DNA of 63,885 bases, filler included, from Octopus bimaculoides (taxonomy: Eukaryota): the NCBI RefSeq assembly GCF_001194135.2. It is 8 parts of 8 records of this genome, joined end to end, with 100 filler letters (N's around TTAATTAATTAA, not from the genome) between each part and the next. Parts side by side here need not be neighbours in the genome. Positions count along the whole stretch, not along the records: positions 37,756 to 44,436 come from NC_068981.1; positions 44,537 to 57,538 come from NC_068993.1; 6 more parts are not named here. One strand, given 5' to 3'. The position numbers were made by a program, and so were the translations under genes. Positions 38,607 to 49,475 of this stretch are shown here, one piece after another. Position 1 is the first letter of the stretch, and the number at the start of each line of letters is the position of its first letter. A model generated the notes under the pieces. It worked only from the letters and a program-made list of their open reading frames with translations, was not told where the DNA came from and did no database searches.

Positions 38607-39270
38607 GAGTGGCTGTGTGGTAAGTAGCTTGCTTACCGGAGGAGAGGGATCCTCACCTGTACCAAGTACCCTGATTGGCCTTCGCAGGTGGCTAGGGAGG
38701 TCGTGTGGGAAAATGATTTGTACAGGGTGATGGATTCCTTCCCCAAGGACGCATTCCGGTACTTGCTGAAATGGCCCGATGCAGAATCATCGAAGTGCTT
38801 GAGTGAAGCATTGAGTGCCTCATATTGGAAGGGCTTGTGGCTCAGAAAAAGAAAAGTGTAAGAGGCAAGTGCCTCAGTTCTAAGACATAATGAAATTGTA
38901 AAGTAAGAGGTTTATAGCCTCAATTTGTAAATTTGTGTAATTTATAAAAGAACAATGATTTAGAGAAGCAGAGTTCAGCGGGCGGCTTCTGTCTTCTCCC
39001 ATTAATATCATCATATTCATCATTCATCTCATCTCATTAATGTGCTAGTCCAGCCCGCAGCTACTCATCTTTGTACTGCCCTCGTGGCAAATTGAAATGA
39101 AATAAAGTAGCTTGCTTACCAACCACATGGTCCCGGGTTCAGTCACACTGCATGGCACCTTGGGCAAGTGTCTTCTACTATAGCCTCGGGCCGACTAAAG
39201 CCTTGTGAGTGGATTTGGTAGACGGAAACTGAAAGAAGCCCGTCGTATATATGTATATATATGTATGTGT
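38607..39270 (+). mobile_element. SINE family B interrupted in its tRNA-like head
   Basis: Head GAGTGGCTGTGTGGTAAGTAGCTTGCTTACC resumes at 39105 with CAACCACATGGTCCCGGGTTCAGTC. Confidence 0.92.
38638..39104 (+). mobile_element. 467-bp 5'-truncated retro-insertion with a 16-bp TSD
   Basis: AAGTAGCTTGCTTACC duplicated at 38622-38637 and 39105-39120; 74 open codons to TAA at 38859-38861; ends TTGAAATGAAATA. Confidence 0.85.
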
Positions 39271-40103
39271 ATGTGAGTGTATGNNNNNNNNNNNNNNNNN
39301 NNNNNNNNNNNNNNNNNNNNNNNNNNNNNNNNNNNNNNNNNNNNNNNNNNNNNNNNNNNNNNNNNNNNNNNNNNNNNNNNNNNNNNNNNNNNNNNNNNNN
39401 NNNNNNNNNNNNNNNNNNNNNNNNNNNNNNNNNNNNNNNNNNNNNNNNNNNNNNNNNNNNNNNNNNNNNNNNNNNNNNNNNNNNNNNNNNNNNNNNNNNN
39501 NNNNNNNNNNNNNNNNNNNNNNNNNNNNNNNNNNNNNNNNNNNNNNNNNNNNNNNNNNNNNNNNNNNNNNNNNNNNNNNNNNNNNNNNNNNNNNNNNNNN
39601 NNNNNNNNNNNNNNNNNNNNNNNNNNNNNNNNNNNNNNNNNNNNNNNNNNNNNNNNNNNNNNNNNNNNNNNNNNNNNNNNNNNNNNNNNNNNNNNNNNNN
39701 NNNNNNNNNNNNNNNNNNNNNNNNNNNNNNNNNNNNNNNNNNNNNNNNNNNNNNNNNNNNNNNNNNNNNNNNNNNNNNNNNNNNNNNNNNNNNNNNNNNN
39801 NNNNNNNNNNNNNNNNNNNNNNNNNNNNNNNNNNNNNNNNNNNNNNNNNNNNNNNNNNNNNNNNNNNNNNNNNNNNNNNNNNNNNNNNNNNNNNNNNNNN
39901 NNNNNNNNNNNNNNNNNNNNNNNNNNNNNNNNNNNNNNNNNNNNNNNNNNNNNNNNNNNTCGATAAAATAAGTACCAGGCTGAGAAAAAAAAAAAAGAAG
40001 CACAGAAATTGATTCATTCATTCGATTAAAAATTCAAGGCAGTGCTCCAGTATGGCCGCAGTCTAATGACTGAAACAGGAGAAAATAAAAAATAAAAGAT
40101 ATC

Positions 40104-40207
40104 GTTAAGGGTACACGTGTCTGTGGAGTGCTCAGCCACTTGCACGTTAATTTCACGAGCAGGCTGTTCCGTTGATCGGATCAACTGGAACCCTCGACGT
40201 CGTAAGC
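40104..40207 (+). mobile_element. SINE family C, 3' tail only
   Basis: Near-identical to about 41157-41259. Confidence 0.9.
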
Positions 40208-40528
40208 AAAAAACAAACAAAAAACATACAATACACACATACATATGTACGTATGTGTGTATACAGTTATGTACATACATACATACGTATGTATGGTTGC
40301 TATGGAAAGTATGGTAAAGGCGGAACCGATTAGGGAAAAGCGGCTGGAATGGATGCATAATACTGTAGCGCACAAATATTACTGTGTGTGTGTATGTATG
40401 TATGTTTTACAAGATTCCTGATGTGAAATCGTATATTGAAACAGCTGTTGTTATTTAGGGATGGTCATATTTTGGGTCAATTAACTACACGTACTGTAAA
40501 CTCGATCTTCACTTTAGCTTAATTATTA

Positions 40529-40693
40529 ATTATTCTTATCTTGGTGTCCTTTGTCTGAAATCTTTCATCACACATTCTGTGTCCTGATCAGCGACTCTCC
40601 ATCTCAGGAAACACGTGGAATGAAGAGTTGCTGAAGAGGTCACTGTATATGTGATGAAGGTTACCAGATAAAGGACACTAAGATACGAATGAT
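40529..40693. repeat. 165-bp imperfect inverted repeat
   Basis: About 78-bp arms pairing around the loop GGAAACACG. Confidence 0.85.
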
Positions 40694-40904
40694 AATGAAA
40701 CTGAAATGAATAACACATATATAGTGCGTGGGGTTAATTGGCAACAAATATGACCATCCCCAAATATAACAATACGCGATATGTATGCACTTATTTAGTG
40801 GTTTTAGTAATTGTGACGTTTTGGTGCCTACTTTCCAACTTTCTTCCCTGTCGCAGACACTCAGCTACAAATGTCACTTTTTCTACTCTGTATGATTATA
40901 CAGT

Positions 40905-41281
40905 GGAGGCGCAATGGCCCAGTGGTTAGGGCAGCGGACTCGCGGTCATAGGATCGCGGTTTCGAATCCCAGACCGGGCGTTGTGAGTGTTTATTGAGCG
41001 AAAACACCTAAAGCTCCACGAGGCTCCGGCAGGAGATGGTGGCGAACCCTGCTGTAATCTTTCACCACAACTTTCTCTCACTCTTTCTTCCTGTTTCTGT
41101 TGTGCCTGTAATTCAAAGGGTCAGCCTTGTCACGCTGAATTTCCTCGAGAACCAAGTTAAGGGTGCACGTGTCTGTGGAGTGCTCAGCCACTTGCACGTT
41201 AATTTCACGAGCAGGCTGTTCCGTTGATCGGATCAACTGGAATCCTCGACGTCGTAAGCGACGGAGTGCCAACAACAACAA
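40905..41281 (+). mobile_element. SINE family C, full length, tRNA-derived head, (CAA)n tail
   Basis: A-box TGGCCCAGTGG, B-box-like GTTTCGAATCC, about 300-bp body, tail shared with 40104-40207. Confidence 0.9.
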
Positions 41282-41686
41282 TGATTATACGTTGTAATTT
41301 GTGGTCGTAATATCTGAAGTGAATTCAAATGAAAAATACTGCCACGGCTCACGATCATAATGTCGTGGAATCAATATTTGGACTGGACTGAACTGCAAGT
41401 TGTGTCCTTGAGCAAGTTACATCATTTCACATTATTCCATCCAGCTGAAAATGAGTATCAGCCGTGAACATCAACTGCAACTGTCACTCCCACATCCTAC
41501 CATATCCTGGATGTGCAGGTGCGTCAGAAGACGAGAAAATATCTACGTCTGCTCGCGCAACATACAGGCACCTAAAACAATTAGCGAAAGCATGGTACAT
41601 GTTACTAAGTTACACGGCTGGCTCTTCAGTTATTTCCTTGACTACAGTATGACGAACAGTAAAGTCGGACGATATTCTTTTTTCTA

Positions 41687-42433
41687 TCAGGTCATCCCAT
41701 AAGTTCTGTCCGATTTTACCTTTTTAAAAACTGAATGAAATTTAATAGTTTTTTAGAATGTCTAATGGAATTAAAAATTATTTTTATGCATTTGAGTACA
41801 TTTAAATTAATTAAATATTATTTTACAGAATAATAGAATTAAAATTTATTTGAGTAAAACCCTTTCTAACATGGAAGTATCCAAAGAGCATTTAAGGCAC
41901 ATAATGCTTTATGAGTACAAAAAAGGAAACTCTGCAGCCAAAGCGACTCGAAACATACACTCAGTTTATGGGAAAGAATGCTTGAATGAAAGAACTTGCA
42001 GAAGATGGTTTGCAAAATTCAGAAGTGGAGATTTCAGCCTTGAAGATGAAGATCGATCAGGACATCCAGTTGAGTTTGATGATAAGCTCATTGAGGTAAT
42101 ACTTGAAGAAAATCCTGCATTATCAGTTGAAGAATTGGCAATAAAGCTTAGTTCAAACTATACAACTGTTCATCGTCATCTTCAACAACTTGGAAAATGG
42201 GTGCCTCATGAATTGTCCGAAAGCAACTGCAAATCCCGAGTTGACATCTGCTCTTCTCTCCATTCTCGCGAACTCATTTCACCCTTTTTGGATAGACTTG
42301 TGACTGGTGACGAAAAATGGCTCTTCTATCGAAATGTTAAACGTCGTAAACAGAGGCTTGGTAAAAGGGAAAAAGCTCAACCACAACCGAGAAGGGAACT
42401 CCATGGGAAAAAGGTTCTTCTCTCTATCTGGTG
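41687..42433 (+). mobile_element. Mariner transposon, same family as 30005-31273, 3'-truncated
   Basis: TA + TCAGGTCATCCCATAAGTTCTGTCCG TIR; stop-free ORF from ATG 41871 with WVPHEL and TGDEKW, ending at (TAG)n. Confidence 0.95.
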
Positions 42434-42461
42434 TAGTAGTAGTAGTAGTAGTTGTAGTAGT

Positions 42462-42627
42462 CAGTGCCGTCTTAAGACATGAGCACACCGGACTGTTACA
42501 CAGGGGCCTCACAAGGCTTAGGGTCCCAACTCTGATCATTGTATGCTGTGGTTTACTGTCAATAACTAAATATAGGTTTTAATGCATTGATTTTCCAGGG
42601 GCTTATAATGCAGCTAAGATGGCCCTG
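42462..42627. mobile_element. 166-bp MITE, possibly hAT-type
   Basis: CAGTGCCGTCTTA ... TAAGATGGCCCTG (11/13 complementary); flanks GTAGTAGT / GTAGCAGC resemble an 8-bp TSD. Confidence 0.6.
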
Positions 42628-43789
42628 GTAGCAGCAGCGGCAGCAACAGCAGCCATAGTATTAATAGTAGTCGTTGCTGTTCTTGTTTTAGTAGTTGTTT
42701 AACACCAGGTTAACAGTGCTAGATTACGCAAGTAGCAGCATGCTATGAGCTCCGAATTTTCCGGGCTCCAGCTATGTTTTATGCTATGATACTACACTGT
42801 CGTCAATATTCGCGACCGATTAAGGCGGCGAACTGGCAGAATCGTTAGCCCGTCGGGCGAAATGCTTAGCGGTATTTCGTCTGCTGCTACGATCTAAGTT
42901 CGAATTCCGCCGAGGTCCAATGCACATTTAAATCAAATTATTGAAAGCCATTAAGTCCGATTCCGTGATTCTGCATGTGTTGTATTACTTTAGTACTTTA
43001 CTACTTTACTATATTCAACATTTATGGACGACTGGTTATTCATGGTCCATCCAATACAAAACGTACTTCCGACATCCAGTGCATTTTAAACTAAATTACA
43101 ATCTGAAGGACGACACTAAACGAAGAGCTTTCATTTTTGCTAGATGCTTATTAATAACCTTTGTCATTCTATTTCTCTATTTCGTAAACTGATCTTATAA
43201 TTGAGCTTAATTATTCTTTCTCCAATAAATAAGGTCAGTTGAACGAATCGATTTTATACTAATACGTTATAGACACCATAACTGTTAGCAATCAAATCAG
43301 GATGTTTAAACAGGTGTGAACATTTTATTGTGCGCAGTTTCTATTTTAATCTTATGCCATTAAGAAGCAAAACTACAGCACAATTAACAAATTAAAATTA
43401 ATATATTCACATCTTCAACAATAGGCCACAAAAACAAATGTCCACTGTACTAAGTGTGGTGTAACAGGATAGAATATTTAAACAGCGTGTTTTAGTGGTT
43501 TAAAAGAACAATGTTATGCATTGTAACATATGTTTTTTTTTTGTTTAGTGTTTTTTTTTAGTTTTGGTATAATGCAAAATTAGGATCTTCTGAGGATAGC
43601 TCTACCCATTCAAATTGACCGCATATTTTGTCGTGTCTATGCAATCATCTTTCATAGTTGGCCTTCAACAAATCTGAAATTTTCCCATTAGTTTTAGGTG
43701 AAACTAGACTACCCGTGACCCGTTGGATCAGTGACAGTTATAAAACATTGAAGCTGATTTCAGCATTGCATTGAAATGAAAGTTAATCA

Positions 43790-44079
43790 GAACATAAAGA
43801 CAGACGAAATACCGCTAAGCATTTCGCCCGGCGTGCTAACGTTTCTTATTTCTTTACTGCCCACAAGGGGCTACACACAGAGGGGACAAACAAGGACAGA
43901 CAAACGGATTAAGTCGATTATATCGACCCTGTGCGTAACTGGTACTAATTTGATCGACCCCGAAAGGATGAAAGGCAAAGTCGACCTCGGCGGAATTTGA
44001 ACTCAGAACGTAGCGCCAGACGAAATACCGCTAAGCATTTCGCCCGGCGTGCTAACGGTTCTGCCAGCTCGCCGCCTTA
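43790..44079 (-). mobile_element. SINE family A, long-tail dimeric form
   Basis: Full head and domain, with the head segment repeated after the tail. Confidence 0.92.
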
Positions 44080-46975
44080 ATGGGAGAAAAATATTGAGAA
44101 AACATCAATACATGTGAGAGCGAAAACTGAGGGTGGTTTGGGATGTACTGAAAACAACAGCTAAATCTCTCTTGAATCGTAAACCTTTTCCTCATGGTTT
44201 TTAAGTTAAAAATACAATTGGCCAAAATCGGTCCAGAGTGAGATGGGGAAGAATTTCAAAAATTTTCAAAACTTTATTTCATAAAAAGATGTCCCCCATC
44301 ATTTCGAAGACTGTGGTGAAATTAAAAAAAAAATGGGGAAAATTCCTATCAAAACGGAGTTCCAACTTCCTGATCCGAAACTCCGCTTTTTGAAACTCCT
44401 CTCCCCGGCCCTCGGAAAATTTTTCCCCACAAATTTNNNNNNNNNNNNNNNNNNNNNNNNNNNNNNNNNNNNNNNNNNNNTTAATTAATTAANNNNNNNN
44501 NNNNNNNNNNNNNNNNNNNNNNNNNNNNNNNNNNNNCGTATAAATGCATGCATAAATACACCCACATACCCACATACATACAAGCATGCATACACATACA
44601 CATACACATACCTACATACATTCTTACATGCACATACATGCATACATAACTACACGCACGTATAAATGCATACATAAATACACACACATACACACATATA
44701 CACATACATACATACTTTCATACATACATAGACATACATACATACAAACATTCACGCACATACGTGCATACATGACTACTCATATACGTGCTTACACAAA
44801 TAGACACACACACACACACACACACACACGTGAGCTGGCTGCTGTACCTGAATAGAATAATGCTAATCGGGAATACGCTTGTTTCCGTAGCAATGAAGAC
44901 GTCAGCGTTCACTGAAAAATGAAGTCCGAACGATCGATTATGTTGGATTTCTTTATTTCTCTGTGTATTTTTAGAATTTTTGAGTGCATATAGAGGGGAA
45001 GAAGGAAAGGTGGGAGAGAGGGAGGAAGAGGGGAGGTGAATATTTCATTTAATTTTTGTATCCATTTACTTGTAGCAACAGCAATAATTATTGTTGATGA
45101 TGATGATGATGATGATGATGACGACGTGGATGTTGACGATGATGATGGTGATGATGATGATGACGACGACGGTGGTGGTGGTGGTGCTCTTTCCTATTTT
45201 GGTATAAGCCCAGCAATTATAGGCGGATAGGATAGGTGGCAGTCGGTCCCGAAAGAATGAAAGGTCAAGTTCTCATCGGCAGATTTGGGATTCGGAACTT
45301 AAAAACCGGAAGAAATACTGCTAAACATTTCGTTTGACACACCAACGATTCTGCCAGCTCACTGCCTTAATAATAATAATAATAATAATAATAATGATAA
45401 TAATAGTTTTGGCATGGGGATGAGTCGATTACATCGACCGCAGTGTTCAGCTGGTATTTATTTTATCAACCCTGAAAGTAGTGAAGGACAAATTAATTTC
45501 GGTGAAGTAAGTAGTAGTAGTAGTAGTAGTAGTAGTAACGGTACAGGAGAAAAAAGAAAAAATTATTGGTGGTGGTGGTGGCGACGTCGGCTGAGACGGC
45601 GGTGGTAGGTGGTGACGACAGCAGTGAAGAAGGTAATCAAGATACTGATGATGAACCGCTTCCATCACCATCAGCATCATCATTATCAATGTCATCATTC
45701 GGAAATGAGGTCTTCAAAAATATTTCGTAGTTATAGCAGAGGAAGCTGGAGATGCGACGCCTCTCACGTTGAACGTTGAGCGGACGCCATTTTTTTTTTT
45801 TTTTGAGGTATGTTAATTCAAAGGACGGTAAGATAATAGGTATAAGAAAGAGATTTCTTTAATTCACCGATTACGTACAGCAGTAAACATGGCTAAAAGA
45901 TTGTTCGGTTAATCACAGATATCTTTCAGAAGGTTAGTACGCTATCCTTCAGAAACTCTGCAGCAGAGAGGAAGCATATGATAACGATACCAAAATGGCG
46001 AGAAAATACAATGACGCCCACGAAAAAGTACTAGAGAAGTAAAATGGCTGGCATACAATTAATTTGTGCGGAAACGATGCAGCTGAGTGCATAGAGAAGC
46101 AGTTCAAATTATCTATGGTTTGTTTTGGTTCTAGTCATAAATGATGGGAAAATACTTAGCAAAAATCATTAAGCGTGTATTCTGGATGGCATATCAGATA
46201 CCAGGAAGTTAGATAAACATGGCCTCCTACGCTATGCTTTGTTTTGTTATGTTTTTCTACCTCATTTCTAGGCATTGTGGAGTATTGTCAAACCATTAAG
46301 ACTTTTGCATCCGACCTTACTGGCATTCAGTTAACCTTTAAAGATCTTTAAGAGTTTCGTTTAACACCAAAGGCAAAGAATAAAGTGAGTGCAGAATTAA
46401 CACACATTAAAAGTCTTCCTTGGCCAAGCGACCTCTTGAAACCAAGATCAAAAAAGAGGAAATGGCGTTGCCTGTGGATAAACCCTATAGAAACCTGTCT
46501 CCCATTTTAAAAGGGAAGCGCTTCGAAGGCAATCCAAGGGAGATGCAAGCATGGCACGCCAACAACATGGAGAAGATCCACAGAAACTGAAGAACTANNN
46601 NNNNNNNNNNNNNNNNNNNNNNNNNNNNNNNNNNNNNNNNNNNNNNNNNNNNNNNNNNNNNNNNNNNNNNNNNNNNNNNNNNNNNNNNNNNNNNNNNNNN
46701 NNNNNNNNNNNNNNNNNNNNNNNNNNNNNNNNNNNNNNNNNNNNNNNNNNNNNNNNNNNNNNNNNNNNNNNNNNNNNNNNNNNNNNNNNNNNNNNNNNNN
46801 NNNNNNNNNNNNNNNNNNNNNNNNNNNNNNNNNNNNNNNNNNNNNNNNNNNNNNNNNNNNNNNNNNNNNNNNNNNNNNNNNNNNNNNNNNNNNNNNNNNN
46901 NNNNNNNNNNNNNNNNNNNNNNNNNNNNNNNNNNNNNNNNTTAAGTACTTCCTGAAAACTTCCGTCGAAAGAGAC

Positions 46976-47140
46976 ATTTTACCGATCTCTATAGCCGAAC
47001 TGCTAAGTTACGGGCTCATTTTATCGATTTCTATTGTTGAGCCGCTATCTTACGTGGATATTTTATCGATCTCCATTGCCGAACCGCTAAGTTACGGGGA
47101 CATTTTAAGGATCTCTATTGCTGAACCGCTAAGTTACGAG
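46976..47140. repeat. Tandem array, 4 x 42 bp, derived from an internal segment of SINE family B
   Basis: Units ATCGATCTC(T/C)ATTGCCGAACCGCTAAGTTACGGGGACATTTT. Confidence 0.9.
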
Positions 47141-47147
47141 GTAGATA

Positions 47148-47187
<40 letters not shown>

Positions 47188-48124
47188 AAGACAGAGACAT
47201 AGAGAGACAGAGAGACAGAGACACAAAGACGGAGAGTGAGAGAGAGACAGAATGAGAGAGTCAGAGTCAGAGAGAGAGAGATAGACAGAAAAAAGATAGA
47301 GACAGAGGAAAAGAGAGAGAGACAGACAGACAGACAAAGAGAGAGTGCTTGCTCTCTGTCTCTGTCTCTCTCTCTGTCTGTGTCTCTCTGTCTGTCTCTG
47401 TCTCTCTTTCTCTCTCTGTCTCGCTATCTGTCTCTCTCTCTCCCTCTTTCTCTCTCACTCTCACTCTCAATCTCTCTCTCTCTCTCTCACCATCTCTCTT
47501 CCTGTCTGCCTGTCTCTCTCTCTCTTTCACACACACACACACACAATTTCTCTCTCTCTGTCTCTCACTCACTCTCTCTCTCTCTNNNNNNNNNNNNNNN
47601 NNNNNNNNNNNNNNNNNNNNNNNNNNNNNNNNNNNNNNNNNNNNNNNNNNNNNNNNNNNNNNNNNNNNNNNNNNNNNNNNNNNNNNNNNNNNNNNNNNNN
47701 NNNNNNNNNNNNNNNNNNNNNNNNNNNNNNNNNNNNNNNNNNNNNNNNNNNNNNNNNNNNNNNNNNNNNNNNNNNNNNNNNNNNNNNNNNNNNNNNNNNN
47801 NNNNNNNNNNNNNNNNNNNNNNNNNNNNNNNNNNNNNNNNNNNNNNNNNNNNNNNNNNNNNNNNNNNNNNNNNNNNNNNNNNNNNNNNNNNNNNNNNNNN
47901 NNNNNNNNNNNNNNNNNNNNNNNNNNNNNNNNNNNNNNNNNNNNNNNNNNNNNNNNNNNNNNNNNNNNNNNNNNNNNNNNNNNNNNNNNNNNNNNNNNNN
48001 NNNNNNNNNNNNNNNNNNNNNNNNNNNNNNNNNNNNNNNNNNNNNNNNNNNNNNNNNNNNNNNNNNNNNNNNNNNNNNNNNNNNNNNNNNNNNNNNNNNN
48101 NNNNNNNNNNNNNNNNNNNNNNNN

Positions 48125-48405
48125 TCCCCGTGCCGTAGCGGTTCGGCAATGGAGGTCGATAAATTGCCCCCTCTCCACATAACTTAGCGGTATGGCAATA
48201 GCATCGATAAAATGCCATCTCCGAAACATAGCGGTTCGGCATTGGAGATCGATAAAATGCCATCCCCGAAACATAGCGGTTCAGCAATGTAGATCGATAA
48301 AATGCCCCCCGCCCCCATCCGTAACTTAGCGGTTCGGGAATGAAGCTCGAAAAAATCCCCCCATAATCTAGCGGTTCGGCATAGATTTCGATAAAATATC
48401 CCCAC
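48125..48405. repeat. Same SINE-derived satellite on the opposite strand, about 6 units of 44-48 bp
   Basis: Units TAACTTAGCGGTTCGGCAAT..GATCGATAAAATG. Confidence 0.9.
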
Positions 48406-48406
48406 A

Positions 48407-48743
48407 ACTTTCGGTTTCACATTCGGTTTCGTTCCGTGATTCCCCTCTTACTTTCGGTTTCACTTTCGGTCTCGTTCGGGGATTCCACCTCTTACTTTCG
48501 GTTTCACTTTAGATTTCGTTCGGGGATTCCATCTGTTACGGTCGTTTTCACTTACTGTTTTTTTTTTCGGGGATTTCAATTTTGTTTCGGTTTCACTTTC
48601 GCTTTTCTTCGGAGATTTTTCTTTGACTTTCGGTTTCACTTTAGGTTTCGTGGGGATTCCCACTTTTATTTGCGCTTTCACATTCGGTTTCATTCGGGGA
48701 TTCCCCTTTTACTTTCAGTCTCGTTCGGGGATTCCACCTCTTA
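48407..48743. repeat. Tandem array of about 8 x 44 bp (ACTTTCGGTTTCACTTTCGGTCTCGTTCGGGGATTCCACCTCTT)
   Basis: Period 43-44 bp seen at 48407, 48450, 48494, 48626. Confidence 0.92.
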
Positions 48744-48744
48744 C

Positions 48745-49148
48745 ATGCATACGTACGTGCGTACGAACGTGCATACGTGCATACGTACGTACGTGCATAT
48801 GTACGTCCATACGTACCTGCATACGTGCATACGTACGTACGTGCATATGTACGTGCTTACGTACGTACATACGTATGTCACTACGTACGTGCATAAGTAC
48901 GTGCGTACCTACGTCCGTACGTACGTGCATTCGTATTTGCATAACGTACGNNNNNNNNNNNNNNNNNNNNNNNNNNNNNNNNNNNNNNNNNNNNNNNNNN
49001 NNNNNNNNNNNNNNNNNNNNNNNNNNNNNNNNNNNNNNNNNNNNNNNNNNGTACGGGCATACCTACGTTCGCACGTACGTGCCTACTTACGTATATCCGT
49101 TAATACGAACGTGCGTCCGTACTTGCATACGTACGTACGTACAAGCAT
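48745..49148. repeat. (ACGT/GCAT)n CpG-rich tetranucleotide satellite with a gap
   Basis: Seen directly. Confidence 0.93.
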
Positions 49149-49169
49149 ACGAGTAAGGGGGAAGGGGTA

Positions 49170-49475
49170 TGAATTACTTCCTGGAAAGTTGCTAGGAAGG
49201 GAAAGAGGCAGTTTATTTACATCCTGGAAAGTTCCGAGGAAGGAGAGGAAAGGGAGGAGAGGAAAGGGAGGAGAGGAAAGGGAGGAGGGGGATTAAATAT
49301 TTCCTAAAATGTTCTGAGGAAGGTGTGGAAGGGGAGGAGAGGGATTAATTACTTCCTGGAAAGTTCCGGGGGGAGAATTACTTCCTGGAAAGTTCCGAGG
49401 GTATATGAATTACTTCCTGGAAAATTCGGAGGAGGTGGAAGTGGAGGAAGTACTTCCTGGAAAGTTTTGAGGAGG
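49170..49475. repeat. Array of about 7 units with core ATTACTTCCTGGAAAGTTCCG and purine-rich spacers
   Basis: Perfect TTCCTGGAA at 49178, 49353, 49382, 49414, 49454; degenerate at 49221, 49301. Confidence 0.92.

Noticed and set aside
40905-40980. Apparent tRNA gene
   Set aside because: Runs into a 300-bp SINE body whose tail recurs at 40104; it is a SINE head
44240-44436. Homopolymer-rich unexplained sequence
   Set aside because: Abuts a gap and looks like a low-quality read end
45953-46042. Exon-like KLCSREEAYDNDTKMARKYNDAHEKVLEK*
   Set aside because: 29 open codons are easily obtained by chance; the acceptor is weak and I recognise no homology
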